Assembly (NCBI GenBank): GCA_964016885.1
Contig: CAXHJY010001363.1
Coordinates: 1-64,000 of the forward strand
Length of the DNA: 64,000 nt
Direction of reading: 5' to 3'
Source of the DNA: Eledone cirrhosa
Lineage: Eukaryota
The position numbers and the translations under genes are program-made. Positions 15,490 through 30,739 of the stretch are shown in pieces. Under the pieces are notes generated by a model. The model was not told where the DNA came from, did not search any database, and saw only the letters and a list, made by a program, of their open reading frames with translations. Each line of letters begins with the position of its first letter. Positions within the stretch are counted from its first letter, which is position 1.

Positions 15490-16470
15490 GATGGTTAATA
15501 GTAAGAGAAGAAGTTGTTGCTTAGTCGCAAGTTGGCCCTGATCGAGCATAACTAAATACACTTGCAACACTGTTATGGGGGTGGTGGTGGTGGTGATAGT
15601 AAGAGAAAGATGCTGTTGCTTAGTCGCAAGTTGGCCCTGATCGAGCATAACTAAATACACTTGCAATACGGTTATGATGGTGGTGGTGGTGGTGGTGATA
15701 GTAAGAGAAAGATGTTGTTGCTTAGTCGCAAGTTGGCCCTGATCGAGCATAACTAAATACACTTGCAACACGACTATGATGGTGGTGGTGGTGGTGATAG
15801 TAAGAGAAAGATGTTGTTGCTTAGTCGCAAGTTGGCCCTGATCGAGCATAACTAAATACACTTGCAACACGGTTATGGGGGTGGTGGTGGTGGTGATAGT
15901 AAGAGAAAGATGCTGTTGCTGAGTCGCAAGTTGGCCCTGATCGAGCATAACTAAATACACTTGCAACACGGTTATGGGGGTGGTGGTGGTGATAGTAAGA
16001 GAAAGATGCTGTTGCTTAGTCGCAAGTTGGCCCTGATCGAGCATAACTAAATACACTTGCAACACGGTTATGGGGGTGGTGGTGGTGGTGATAGTAAGAG
16101 AAAGATGTTGTTGCTTAGTGGCAAGTTGGCCCTGATCGAGCATAACTAAATACACTTGCAACACGGTTATGGGGGTGGTGGTGGTGGTGATAGTAAGAGA
16201 AAGATGTTGTTGCTTAGTCGCAAGCTGGCCCTGATCGAGCATAACTAAATACACTTGCAACGCGACTATGATGGTGGTGGTGGTGGTGATAGTAAGAGAA
16301 AGATGTTGTTGCTTAGTCGCAAGTTGGCCCTCATCGAGCATAACTAAATACACTTGCAAACCGACTATGGGGGTGGTGGTGGTGATAGTAAGAGAAAGAT
16401 GTTGTTGCTTAGTCGCAAGTTGGCCCTGATCGAGCATAATGAATATACTTCCAATACAGCTATGGGGGTG
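15490..16470. repeat. ~99-bp tandem repeat x10 with variable (GGT)n
   Basis: tagtcgcaagttggccctgatcgagcataactaaatacacttgcaa recurs at ~15522, 15621, 15723 ... 16410. Confidence 0.95.
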
Positions 16471-16699
16471 GTAGTAGGAGGGTGTTGTTGTTGTTGTTGT
16501 TGTTGTTGTTATTTAGATGCAAATCGGCCCCGATTGAGCAGACCTAAGTCCAGAAAATATTCTAACCGTGTCCAGCCTATCATTTTAACTTTCCAGACAT
16601 GCTTTATAGTTGTTTTCTTTTTAGGAAAGTAGGTAAAGATTTAAGGAAGATTTGGCTACGATTTCTTGCAAGACGTGTAGAGGCTTCCTCGTTGTTTTC

Positions 16700-17992
16700 A
16701 ATAATTGTTTCTACTTTTGGCACAAAGCCAGCATTTATCCCAATACATTACTGGTACTTTATTTTATCGACCCTGTAAGGATGAAAGGCAAAGTTAACCT
16801 CAGCGGGATTTGAACTCAGACAGTAAAGAGCCGTAACTCTATGCTGCAAAGCATGGCGTCCGACCCTCTACCGATACTGCCAATAATAATTGTTTCTACT
16901 TTAGGCACAAGGCCAGCAACTACCCAGTGCCTCACTGGTACTTTATTTTATCGACCCCGTAAGGATGAAAGGCAAAGTCAACCTCGGCGGGATTTGAACT
17001 CAGATCGTAAAGGGACGTAACTAAGCTAGAAAGCATGGCGTCCGACCCTCTACCTATACTACCAATCCACCGCCCTACTGCCAATAATAATGTTGGTGGC
17101 TTTCGGTCTGTCTCCGCTTTCAGAAGAAGAGAAATAAACCGCCAAAAATATATGTATATATGTCACTTAAGTAAGTGTTTCATCCTGCACCATTACTACC
17201 CCCTCCATCATCACCCACACCACCACCACCAACACCATCACCACTCTCACCATCACCGCTATCACAATTACCATCCCACTGTCACCATCACCACCACCAC
17301 CACCATCACCACCACCATCATTACCACCACCACCATCACCACCACCACCGTCACCACTACAATAACACAGCATCTAAAGTTAATAACAACAACACTAAAC
17401 ATTAACACCACCAAACATTCGGTAGAGAGTCGGACACCATGCTTTGAAGCATAGAGTTACGTCCCTTTATGATCTGAGTTGAAATCCCGCCGAGGTTAAC
17501 TTTGCCTTTCATCCTTACCAGGTCGATAAAATAAAGTACCAGTAATACACTGGGATAATTGCTGGCCTTGTGCCTAAAATAGAAACAATTATGAAATATA
17601 ATTGTTTCTACTATTGGCACAAGGCCAGCAATTACCCAGTGCATTACTGGTACTTTATTTTATCGACCTGGTAAGGATGAAAGGCAAAGTTAACCTCGGC
17701 GGAATTTGAACTCAGAATGGCAAGGGCAGTAACTCTATGCGTCAAAGCATGGCGTCCGACCCTCTACCGATTCACAATGATTTCTAGTATAGGCACAAGG
17801 CCAGTAATTTGGGGAGAGGGGAAAGTCGATTAAATCGACACCAGTGCGTGACTGGTACTTTATTTTATCGATCCCGTAAGGATGAAAGGCAAAGTTAACC
17901 TCGGCGGGATTTGAACTCAGACTGTAAAGGGACGTAACTATGCTAGAAAGCATGGTGTCCGACTCTCTACCGATACTGCCAATTCCCCGCCC
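16700..17992. mobile_element. Cluster of five tRNA-derived SINEs (Meta-domain-like core), both orientations
   Basis: B-box gagttcaaatcc plus cgaggttaactttgcctttcatcc..gtcgataaaataaagtaccagt at ~16700(-), 16886(-), 17417(+), 17600(-), 17776(-). Confidence 0.9.
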
Positions 17993-18869
17993 TTATAGTA
18001 TTAATAATAATAATAATAATAGTAATAGTGGTAGTATTAGTGACAATGATAGTAATAGTGATAGTAGTAGTGATAGTAATAGTGATAGTAGTAGTAATAG
18101 TAGTAGTAATAATAGCAAGAGAGGAACAGAGAGAAGAACATATTTAGACAGGCAATTGAGAGGATCATTACAGCACTATAATGGATGATATGATCGAGGA
18201 GGCAGAAAATATCAATAAAGAGAAGAGGATTTCAAGGGGAAATACTCCATATAATATGGCTGCTTTTTTTCTCAGAAAGCAGAAGGTTGGAAAACTCGGT
18301 TAAGATAGAAGGTTATTTTATTTTTATTTTTTTAGGAAACAGTTTAAGATCTAAGATAAACATACGAGGAAGGGGTTCATTTTTTGGAACTAGCTTCTGT
18401 TTTATACGAAGAATAAAATAGCAAATAAATATATGGCTAAAATGTTGCCTGAAAGTAACTCAGTGGGAAATGACCTGCAAGATTGGGAACAATGAAAACA
18501 GGAGGATGCAAATACGAGGTACATAGAAGATGTTTTAAAAACATTTTACTCGATTAAATCGTATTTAAATCTTTTGTCCAATGGATTAGTTTAAACTTGG
18601 TAGTGTGTTCAAACAAGCAGATATTTCTGCTATTTGGAGAAGATCGATTCAGCACATATGATAGAGAATAAATATAGCTTTGAAGAACTCTGATATCAAT
18701 TTAGATCAAATTGAAAACATTCAATTGAGATAACCATCGCTATTTGGGTATGTCTAGACGCAGTGGTTTCAGTCTCGTTTTCAGGAATTGGGTAACAGCA
18801 TTTGAATCGACTAACAAGATCCCAAACTTCATTCGCTTACTGAGAGGGGTGGAACTCGTCTAATTGGAT

Positions 18870-19073
18870 TAAGGAAACAATGTTTCCATTGCTTTTTTTT
18901 TGTTTTGTTTTACTGTACTGATTCTATCTACCTGTCGTAACTTCTTACAGGAAGAGCAATGTGAAATAAAGTATCTTGCTGAAGGACATAATGCATCGCT
19001 CGGTTCGAGAATTCAACTCGCAACCTCACGATTGCGAATTCAATTCGCTAACCACTAAGCTACGCGCCTGCAC
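18870..19073 (-). mobile_element. tRNA-derived SINE, family 2 (copies at 22243-22440, 46113-46330)
   Basis: A/B-box-like head followed by gatgcattatgtccttcagcaagatactttatttcac. Confidence 0.7.
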
Positions 19074-19237
19074 AAGATCCAACGAAATCTTCTCGATAGA
19101 GCAAATAGCCATTTGTCGGTAGTATTTGGCCTCCTACATGCAGTCTAAAAAGTGTTCCCATACTGGAGAAATGGGATTGGCTGGGTAGAATTACATAGGG
19201 GCTAAGATGCATAGAAACTATACATTATCGTTATAGA

Positions 19238-19685
19238 GCCGTGGATTGGCAGTATCGGTAGAGGGTCGGACGCCATGCTTTACAGCATAGTTACGTCCCT
19301 TTACGATCTGAGTTCAAATCCCGCCGAGGATGACTTTGCCTTTCATCCTTACGGGGGTCGATAAAATAAAGTACCAGTAATGCACTGGGTAATTGCTGGC
19401 CTTGTGCCTAAAGTAGAAACAATTATTATGAAGAACGAAATATTATGAAGAACGAAATAACCATCAGCATATATATTATATTATATATATATTATATATA
19501 TTATATACTATATATATATATATTATATATATACATTATATATATTATATACTATATATATATATATTTGAGTTCATATCCCGCCGAGGTTAACTTTGCC
19601 TTTCATCCTTACGGGGTCGATAAAATAAAGTACCAGTAATGTACTGGGTAATTGCTGGCCTTGTGCCTAAAGTAGAAACAATTAT
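19238..19685 (+). mobile_element. Two Meta-like SINE copies (one 5'-truncated)
   Basis: Same consensus as the 16700 cluster. Confidence 0.9.
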
Positions 19686-19865
19686 CGTTATAAAGCCGGA
19701 TATTTTAGAAATCTAGGGACATCGCCACAAAGCTAGAGGTATTTGACAATGATGATGCTATAGATGTTGCTGTTGTTCTCTTTTTATTGGTCCATCACAA
19801 ACTGGCGTGTGATCAAAAGGTATTTCAGCCGTAACCATCTTTTTAGGGGTATGTCTAAAGATATA

Positions 19866-20715
19866 AAGTCTGTGTCGAGCCTGGAAGTACACCAGGCCGG
19901 TGCTTATCCCAGTTTCCACGACGTTAAATGACTGAGAGTACAAGACATCCCCCTGGACAGGGTGCCAGTCCATTGCAGGGTTAATCTGTCTCCAGCCTGG
20001 AAGTACACCAGGCCGGTGCTTATCCCAGTTTCCACGACGTTAAATGACTGAGAGTACAAGACATCCCCCTGGACAGGGTGCCAGTCCATTGCAGGGTTAA
20101 TCTGTCTCCAGCCTGGAAGTACACCAGGCCGGTGCTTATCCCAGTTTCCACGACGTTAAATGACTGAGAGTACAAGACATCCCCCTGGACAGGGTGCCAG
20201 TCCATTGCAGGGTTAATCTGTCTCCAGCCTGGAAGTACACCAGGCCGGTGCTTATCCCAGTTTCCACCACGTTAAATGACTGAGAGTACAAGACATCCCC
20301 CTGGACAGGGTGCCAGTCCATTGCAGGGTTAATCTGTCTCCAGCCTGGAAGTACACCAGGCCGGTGCTTATCCCAGTTTCCACCACGTTAAATGACTGAG
20401 AGTACAAGACATCCCCCTGGACAGGGTGCCAGTCCATTGCAGGGTTAATCTGTCTCCAGCCTGGAAGTACACCAGGCCGGTGCTTATCCCAGTTTCCACC
20501 ACGTTAAATGACTGAGAGTACAAGACATCCCCCTGGACAGGGTGCCAGTCCATTGCAGGGTTAAACCCACAGCTATAGCTGGTACTCATTTTCAGCTGAG
20601 TATACTGGAGCAACGTGAAATGAAGTGTCTTGCTCAAGAGTACACCACACAACCCAGTCCAGGGATCGATCCCATCCCACGAGATAATTATCAAAAGTTC
20701 AACACTCTTACCACT
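19866..20715 (-). mobile_element. SINE with V-domain-like segment whose 116-bp 3' part is tandemly repeated x6
   Basis: Head (cttgagcaagacacttcatttcacgttgctccag) at ~20580-20715. aaccctgcaatggactggcaccctgtccaggg recurs with a 116-bp period. Confidence 0.85.
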
Positions 20716-20799
20716 GTTACCCTCCCCCACCACACCATAGTCTGCTGGGGGAGTCGGTTTACTTACCGACCACTCCACCATAATAATGATCTCTATAAT

Positions 20800-21078
<279 letters not shown>

Positions 21079-21133
21079 TGAATATATATATGTATATATA
21101 TATATATATGTATATACATATATATATACATAT

Positions 21134-21204
<71 letters not shown>

Positions 21205-21205
21205 C

Positions 21206-21251
<46 letters not shown>

Positions 21252-21720
21252 TATACATATACACATATATATATACATATATATACATACACATATATAT
21301 ACATATATATACATACATATATATATATATACATTGTTATATTTGGGGAGGGTCATATTTGCGTAATATTGCCAGAATTAATAACAGAACACACTCACTG
21401 TTTGGTTGGTTTTCGCTTCTCGCTGTCTTTTATATATATATATCTGCGATCTAACTTACTCGGTCCTCAATGTTGCCATTGACTGACCGGCGGTCAAAAA
21501 TAATACAGATACAATATAGACAAACACATATATATATAGTTTACATAAATCTTTCGTTGCACATCTGCAACATCGTCAGTGGTGTTATATTCATTGTTCC
21601 TCCTGTTGTGTTGTATGTCTACGCCATTTTTTTTGTTCAGTCTGTCTATATATTTATTTATTTATTTATTTGCTTGTTTGTTTATCTTATTTTATTTTGT
21701 CTTCTTACCTCGCAAAACTA

Positions 21721-21789
<69 letters not shown>

Positions 21790-22242
21790 CATATATATAT
21801 ACATATATATACATATATATATACATTTATATATACATATATATATACATTTATATATACATATATATATACATATATATATACATATATATACATATAT
21901 ATATACATATATATACATATATATATATACATATATATACATATACATATATATATATACATATATATACATATAGATATATATATATACATATACATAT
22001 ATACATATATATACATATAGATATATATATACATATACATATACATATATATATATATACATATATATACATATATATACACATATATATATAATATATA
22101 TATATACAATCATATATATATATATATACAATCATATATATATATATATACATACATATATATATATACATATACATACATACATATATATACATATACA
22201 TACATATATATACATATACATACATACATATATATATATACA

Positions 22243-22440
22243 GTGAAGGCCTGTGGCTGAGTGGTTAGAGAATTGGATTCACAATCGTAAGGTTGTGAGT
22301 TCGATTCCTGGACCGGGCGATGCGTTATGTCCTTGAGCAAGACACTTTATTTCACGACCGATAGATAGTATTAGCAATTGGAAAGACCAACGGAAACATT
22401 GTTTCCTCGGTCCGATTTGACGAAAATCGATCGCTGAAAA
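22243..22440 (+). mobile_element. tRNA-derived SINE family 2
   Basis: tggctgagtggtt (A box) and gagttcgattcc (B box). Confidence 0.85.
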
Positions 22441-22569
22441 AAAATATATATACATATACATACATACATATATATACATATACATACATACATATATATA
22501 CATATACATACATACATATATATACATATATATACATACATACATATATATACATATATATACATACAT

Positions 22570-22603
<34 letters not shown>

Positions 22604-22727
22604 ATACATATAAATGAGAGGTATAGAGATTGTTTTAGCGAGAAGCTAACAGCATTCTACATATATATATATATATAATATATATATACAATCATATATA
22701 TATATACATACATATATATATATACAT

Positions 22728-22810
<83 letters not shown>

Positions 22811-23037
22811 GGAGGTGGAGAAGGGATTATGTTTACCATTGACGTCTGTTGTGCCAAGTTCTATGCACCTACAGCATAAACCGTATTTTCTCGATTCGAG
22901 AGAAATCGATAAAACACGTACCAGACAGATATAAGTACTGGGGATGATATAATCGACCAATACACGTGAAGGTGGCGTTTCAGTAGACCACTGGCTGAGA
23001 CAGAAAGAGGGTAAAAACAAAATACATTCTACACACG

Positions 23038-23073
<36 letters not shown>

Positions 23074-23086
23074 GGCATTTTTATGA

Positions 23087-23141
<55 letters not shown>

Positions 23142-23196
23142 CATTTTTATGAGTGTATATATATATAAATATATATATGTATAGGCATTTTTATGA

Positions 23197-23246
<50 letters not shown>

Positions 23247-23295
23247 TCATAGATTGAGTTATACTTATATCTGTGTTCACCACTCTCATATATCC

Positions 23296-23353
<58 letters not shown>

Positions 23354-23371
23354 TTATATATTATATGTATT

Positions 23372-23419
<48 letters not shown>

Positions 23420-23738
23420 GTATTTAATGAATATATAATATGAAAATATAATACATACATACAATTGCATATATGATGTCAATATAATGCACATATACGT
23501 ATATACATATAAATGCATATATATATATATACACACACAACATTTACTTTGTAATCTCTCGCTCTCTCTCTCTATATATATATATATTACGAGTCTCTAT
23601 GATATATATATATATATATCTATATATATATATATATGATATATATATATATATGATATATATATTACGAGTCTCTATTATATATATATATATATATATG
23701 ATATATATATATGTGATATATATATTACGAGTCTCTAT

Positions 23739-23872
<134 letters not shown>

Positions 23873-23959
23873 ATAAAAAATTGAACAGGGACAGAACAGA
23901 GAGGCAGTACGACAAATGTTTATTAGATTCACGCTCAGGAGAGTGGGGGGTAGCTGGAG

Positions 23960-23988
23960 GACGACGTTTCGGGCATAAGCCCTTCTTC

Positions 23989-23990
<2 letters not shown>
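23960..23990 (-). ncRNA. Hammerhead core of a PLE pLTR remnant (23876-23991), 5' stem I lost
   Basis: Minus strand: CTGAAGA-AGGGC ttat GCCC-GAAA-CGTCGTC, abutting (TA)n. Confidence 0.7.
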
Positions 23991-24027
<37 letters not shown>

Positions 24028-24060
24028 ATATATATATATGATATATATATTACCGGTCTC

Positions 24061-24113
<53 letters not shown>

Positions 24114-24144
24114 ATATATATTACCGGTCTCTATTATATATATA

Positions 24145-24177
<33 letters not shown>

Positions 24178-24223
24178 ATACAGACCTCGTAATATATATA
24201 TATAATATATATTACGAGGTCTG

Positions 24224-24266
<43 letters not shown>

Positions 24267-24501
24267 TATATAAATATATATATATATATATGGCGTTTTA
24301 TATGTTTGTTACGGTACATATGTATATTTATGTTACCCGTGTGGCAAATAATTGGTAATCATTATTATTCATTTATTTACTTCAATTAAGTATTTCAATT
24401 CGGCACGTAATGTTCCGACCGGGGTGGAGCAGATCGTATCGGCGAGAAATGAGTCGGCAACGAACACAGATATACAAAGAAAAATTGTAAAATAACACGC
24501 A

Positions 24502-24549
<48 letters not shown>

Positions 24550-24579
24550 GTAATATAATGTATGTATGTGTGTGTGTGT

Positions 24580-24620
<41 letters not shown>

Positions 24621-24709
24621 CGTATATATATGAATATATATATATATATATTCATATATATACGCATATATATATATATAACATATATTCATATATTCAT
24701 ATATATACG

Positions 24710-24779
<70 letters not shown>

Positions 24780-24852
24780 TATATTCATATATACATATAT
24801 ATACATATATATATACATAGATATATACGTATGTGTACAAAAAACACACACA

Positions 24853-24907
<55 letters not shown>

Positions 24908-24928
24908 GTAATATAATGTATGTATGTG

Positions 24929-24974
<46 letters not shown>

Positions 24975-25092
24975 CATATATACGCACATACATATATATA
25001 TATATATACATATATTCATATATACATATATATACATATATATATATACATAGATATATATACGTATATGTACAAAAACACACACACACACA

Positions 25093-25154
<62 letters not shown>

Positions 25155-26499
25155 TATATATTATACTCAGAGAGAGAGAGCGAGCGAGACGGGGATAAAT
25201 AGATAGACAGACAGACAGATAGATAGATAGATAGATAGGGGAAAAGATACAGGAATTTTATGTTGCAATCAAGATGAAATAAATACACTGGAGGGGTGTG
25301 TAGATGTGGTAATTAAATTATGAGAAGAATTATGTAAACACTCAGACTATGGGTGCATGCCTGCTTTCGATTTAACGAAGCTGAAAGAAGAAAAGTTTAT
25401 ATAAAGCGATCCTTTGGTTATTGAACACGTATGTTCCCTCTAACGTTCTGCAATGTTTACAACCCCTTACTATTATTTTAGAGCAGCACTAGAAATATTT
25501 TTCTTATAAAGAATTATTTAATGTGCATGATCTCTGGTAATGTATACACATTATATGGCAATTCTACATTACTAGATGATTTATTTTCTCTATATTGAAT
25601 AAGAGTATACGCAGAGTTCTCTTCTCTTTTTTCTTTATGGCGTAGTCAGAGAATAAAGGGCAAGGCTAAGGCAAATGGAATAAAATATTTCATGGAGAGA
25701 GAGAGATAGTTTCGTTTCGTTTTTGTTTTGTTTTTTGTTGTTTTTTTTTTTGTAAAAACTGCTTGTATCGTAAGTGGTTGGTGGGTATGTTGTTGAGAGT
25801 ACATTGGCAATAGATCGAATATATTACTTCTATTAGCTTTTATAAACTTAGAAAAAGATGAAAACATGTAAAGATGAAAAGACGAAAAAATATTATCGCC
25901 CACAATGTGAACATCTATTTGGATTATGTAAAGTATCTGATGTAAACTACTTCGATGTTCCGCACCAAATCCATAATCTTCGGTAAGAGTTTTTGTTATG
26001 GTGGATTGGTTGAAGTTGAAACGCTAAGAGTACTAGGTTTGTTCTTGTTGGTCTGTTGTTCGGTTTTTGTAATCTCTGAAATCCAGGGAAACTGATGAGA
26101 CGACATCTCTTCTATGAGACTGTACTGACTCATTAACTGCTTAATGAAAAATTACAAGGATATGGTCCGAACGTAGAAGAGCCGAACTCCCACTATCACC
26201 GTCTCCATTTCTCTCGCCCTCCCCCATATCTCCGTATGGTGAGCAAATGGGGTTCCACGTGCTAGGCTCCCCCCCCCCCCCACGCACACACACACACAGC
26301 CCCGGCGGCGGACAGAATGGAGAAGGCGTTTTCCCAGAGGATGGTGACGGAGATGTGCTGGAAGAACCATTCCATCTCACGAGATACACACCAGCTCAGC
26401 GCCTATGGTGGCGAGTAGAGGGGGGGGGGGTAGCCCTAGGGCCGAGGACACCAGAAGTCTCCACTGCCAAGGGCATGACTGCGAACCTGTAGGAGAACG

Positions 26500-26700
26500 T
26501 GTTCTTGTTCTTCTTATTCTTCTTGAGAGGGTCGTGGGGCGTAGAGTCCTGAAACACTCCTGCCAGTGAGTCCTGTCAGAAGCAACCGTCTCTAATGGAT
26601 CCGACGGCTGGATCTTCAAGAGAGACCAGCCAAGCTCATCGATGTTATCCAACCATCTTGCTCGGAATCTACCCCTGGGTCTCCTGCCAGTTGGTTTGTT
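26500..26700 (-). mobile_element. RTE-clade LINE 3' fragment
   Basis: KPTGRRPRGRFRARWLDNI...ASDRTHW, typical of the RTE ORF C-terminus. Confidence 0.75.
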
Positions 26701-27084
26701 AATTAAATCCAGGAAGGTTTGAAGGTAATTGTTGCGTGTAATGATAAATTCCAACGTTCAAGATGGGGGAGAGTCAAATTTTGTTGTCACTGAAATATCA
26801 GCCGTTAATTTTCATCAGGAAAGTATATACTTTCGAACGTTCAGCCATCTGGCAGACAGGTATACGGTGCTGACGATAGCTAACAAGCTTGAAACTAGTA
26901 CATCGTTCCTGTGTCAGTGTTGAACAAAAAGGTGACGTGGTTGCCTGAACACTGTACGGCGTAAATCAGGCTGTTCGTTTGTTTACAAACGAACAAAGCG
27001 AACATTATAATAAATGTTCGGTAAACTGATACGTGCATATATATATGTGTGCCTGTATGTATATATATATATATATATATATAT

Positions 27085-27140
27085 ACATGCTACTGTACGT
27101 CTGTATACATATATGTATGTACGTATACATACATACTTAC

Positions 27141-27184
<44 letters not shown>

Positions 27185-27314
27185 GCTACTGTACGTTTGT
27201 ATACATATATGTATGTACGTATACATACATACTTACATATATATATATATATATATATACATGCTACTGTACGTCTGTATACATATATGTATGTACGTAT
27301 ACATACATACTTAC

Positions 27315-27348
<34 letters not shown>

Positions 27349-27400
27349 GCTACTGTACGTCTGTATACATATATGTATGTACGTATACATACATACTTAC

Positions 27401-27464
<64 letters not shown>

Positions 27465-27530
27465 GCTACTGTACGTCTGTATACATATATGTATGTACGT
27501 ATACATACATACTTACATTTATATATATAT
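27085..27530. repeat. ~59-bp unit + variable (TA)n, x5
   Basis: acatgctactgtacgtctgtatacatatatgtatgtacgtatacatacatacttacatt repeated. Confidence 0.9.
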
Positions 27531-27534
27531 ATAT

Positions 27535-27884
27535 TGAAAGGATAACAAGGACGATTGATTACTCCTTCATTGCATTTATTGAGAGGTGACGCGCGTTTCG
27601 CCACTGATCAGCTCAAGGTTCGCTCTGTATCGATCCTACCCGACACAATAATCGGCGGCTCGACGGACCCTGTCGGGTAGGATCGATACAGATCAAACCT
27701 TGAGCTGATCAGTGGCGAAACGCGCGTCACCTATCAATAAATGCAATGAAGGAGTAACCAATCGTCCTTGTTATCCTTTCACTATAATACCCTCTGTATA
27801 GCTCTACACCTCATCACAGAAGTGAACCTAAACATAGAGTGCTCACCCGGGTGAACCTACAGTAACTCCAAGTTACACCCCCTG
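27535..27884 (+). mobile_element. Fold-back element: 111-bp inverted arms + ~100-bp tail, HHR-like motif per arm
   Basis: Arms 27535-27645 / 27671-27781; each has CTGATCA-GTGGC-GAAACGCGCGTC; flanked by (TA)n. Confidence 0.8.
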
Positions 27885-28032
27885 TATATATATATATATG
27901 TATATATATTATTTATATATATATATATATATACACAGTTCAAGAGTAACCAATCTTAAAGAGAACTAAACTATGTTGACAATCTTTTAATAATATCCTT
28001 GTGAAATTTGTGGTCTTGCTTTGCTTAACTAA

Positions 28033-28092
<60 letters not shown>

Positions 28093-28096
<4 letters not shown>

Positions 28097-28277
28097 AACG
28101 AATAGGACCCCGACGGCTGAGGCTCCGGCTGAGGCTCAAGCCGTTTCGACTAGCCGTCGAAACGGCTTGAGCTCAGCCGTCGGGGTCCTACTCGTTCCTA
28201 TTACCCACTCTACTACCCTAAGTATTGAGTACTTTGGTGCGTTATCGTCCACTTAGTTCCTTACCACATTTCCTTCG

Positions 28278-28280
<3 letters not shown>
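28093..28280 (+). mobile_element. Fold-back family P copy
   Basis: ggaacgaataggaccccgacggctgag...ctcagccgtcggggtcctactcgttcc + tail. Confidence 0.85.
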
Positions 28281-28319
<39 letters not shown>

Positions 28320-28329
<10 letters not shown>

Positions 28330-28715
28330 AGATCAAAAGATGGTTAAAGGAGTTCCATGTATTTTATTATGCGCATTTCAAAAACAAACATCATCATGCA
28401 ATAATATTTGTGTTTTCATCAGATAAAACAGGAGAACATGATATGAAGGCTAGAAAACACTTGTGGATAGTGCAGTTTTAAATCAACATATCATATTTTA
28501 GCCTTCATATCATGTCCTCCTGTTTTATCTGATGAAAACACAAATATTATTGCATGATGATGTTTGTTTTTGAAATGCGCATAATAAAATACATGGAACT
28601 CCTTTAACCAGCTTTTGATCTTATATTATATATACTCCAGTCCTACAAACTGTAGAGTGCTTCTTATCCGATATCTGCATTGCTTTATTGTACTACAATA
28701 AAACTCACCTCCTAC

Positions 28716-28716
<1 letters not shown>
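28320..28716 (+). mobile_element. Fold-back element: ~133-bp arms each with a complete hammerhead, + tail
   Basis: Plus arm: tgttttat-CTGATGA(28529)-long stem II-GAAA(28572)-TGCGCATA-ataaaata. Mirrored at ~28360-28430. Confidence 0.88.
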
Positions 28717-29081
<365 letters not shown>

Positions 29082-29227
29082 CAGTAATCAAAGTTCAGTT
29101 TAAGTCATTTATTTGCTTACAATTGTTTCCTCCAAACCGAGGTTTGGATTCTTCGGAGCAACTATTTATAACATACTTGACCTCCTTTTCAACCCAAGAG
29201 ACACATAAAACATATGCGCATATTGAT

Positions 29228-29324
<97 letters not shown>

Positions 29325-29339
29325 TGGGTGAAGGGGAAA

Positions 29340-29560
29340 TCGGTTGACGTCTGGGTATCATACCTTAAAGGTGTGCAGTAACGTCCTTGGCATACTGAAA
29401 CCTGGGATTTGCCACTTGATACCCTATTACTTCTCCCGACCACTTCTCACTCTCTTTGGAGTTGACAGACACCATGGACGAGAGGGGAGTAGGCTAAATG
29501 AACGACTCATTCTCCAGCTAGAAACCCCAACCCATAACAGTATAAATTCTCGCCCCTAAT
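29340..29560 (+). mobile_element. Decayed PLE GIY-YIG C-terminus
   Basis: GVDRHHGREGSRLNERLILQLETPTHNSINSR resembles the R..E..LI..L.T..P.GIN end of PLE endonucleases. Confidence 0.5.
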
Positions 29561-29679
29561 TCCTCAAATTCCACCCCTACTCCACCCCTACTCTACCCCT
29601 ACTCCACCCCTGCTCCACCCGTGCTCCACCCCTACTTCTCTGTCTAACTCTCTTGGCATCTTGTTTCCTTGTAACAGTG

Positions 29680-30155
29680 TGTGTATGTATCTATGTGTGT
29701 ATGTATGTGTGTATGTGTATGTGTGTGTGTGTGCGTGTGTGTGTGTGTGTATATGTATGTGTATGTGTATATGTGTTTGTGTGTATGTATATGTGTGTGT
29801 GTGTATGTGTGTATATGTATGTGTATGTGTATATGTGTTTGTGTGTATGTATATATATATGTGTATGTGTGTATATGTACGTATATATATATATATGTGC
29901 GTGTGTATGTGTGTATATGTATGTGTATATGTGTGTATGTGTATGTATATGTGTGCATGTGTATGTGTATGTGTGTATATGTATGTATATGTGTGTGTGT
30001 ATGTGGGTATACGTATGTGTATATGTGTGTATGTGTATGTGTGTATATGTATGTATATATATATATATGTGTGTGTGTGTGTATGTGTGTATATGTATGT
30101 GTATATGTGTGTATGTGTATGTATATGTGTGCATGTGTATGTGTGTATATGTATG

Positions 30156-30188
<33 letters not shown>

Positions 30189-30345
30189 ATATGTATGTGT
30201 ATATGTGTGTATGTGTATGTATATGTGTGCATGTGTATGTGTATGTGTGTATATGTATGTATATGTGTGTGTGTGTGTGTGTATGTGTGTGTGTGGGTAT
30301 ATATATATGTGTATATGTGTGCATGTGTATGTGTGTATATGTAGG

Positions 30346-30380
<35 letters not shown>

Positions 30381-30696
30381 ATGTGTATATGTGTGTATGT
30401 GTATGTATATGTGTGCATGTGTATGTGTGTATATGTATGTATATATATATATGTGTGTATGTGTGTGTGTATATGTATGTGTATATGTGTGTATGTGTAT
30501 GTATATTGTGCATGTGTATGTGTATGTGTGTATATGTATGTATATATATGTGTGTGTGTGTATGTGGGTATATGTGTGCATGTGTATGTGTGTATATGTA
30601 TGTATATATATATATATATGTGTGTGTGTGTATATGTATGTGTATATGTGTGTATGTGTATGTATATGTGTGCATGTGTATGTGTGTATATGTATG

Positions 30697-30739
<43 letters not shown>

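Noticed and set aside
15463-16437. 324-aa repetitive ORF
   Set aside because: By-product of a tandem unit whose length is a multiple of three; no domain or splice evidence.
17035-17454. His/Thr-rich ORFs
   Set aside because: (CAC)n/(CAT)n microsatellite between SINEs.
22243-22320. tRNA gene
   Set aside because: A/B boxes continue into a repeated SINE body; no full cloverleaf.
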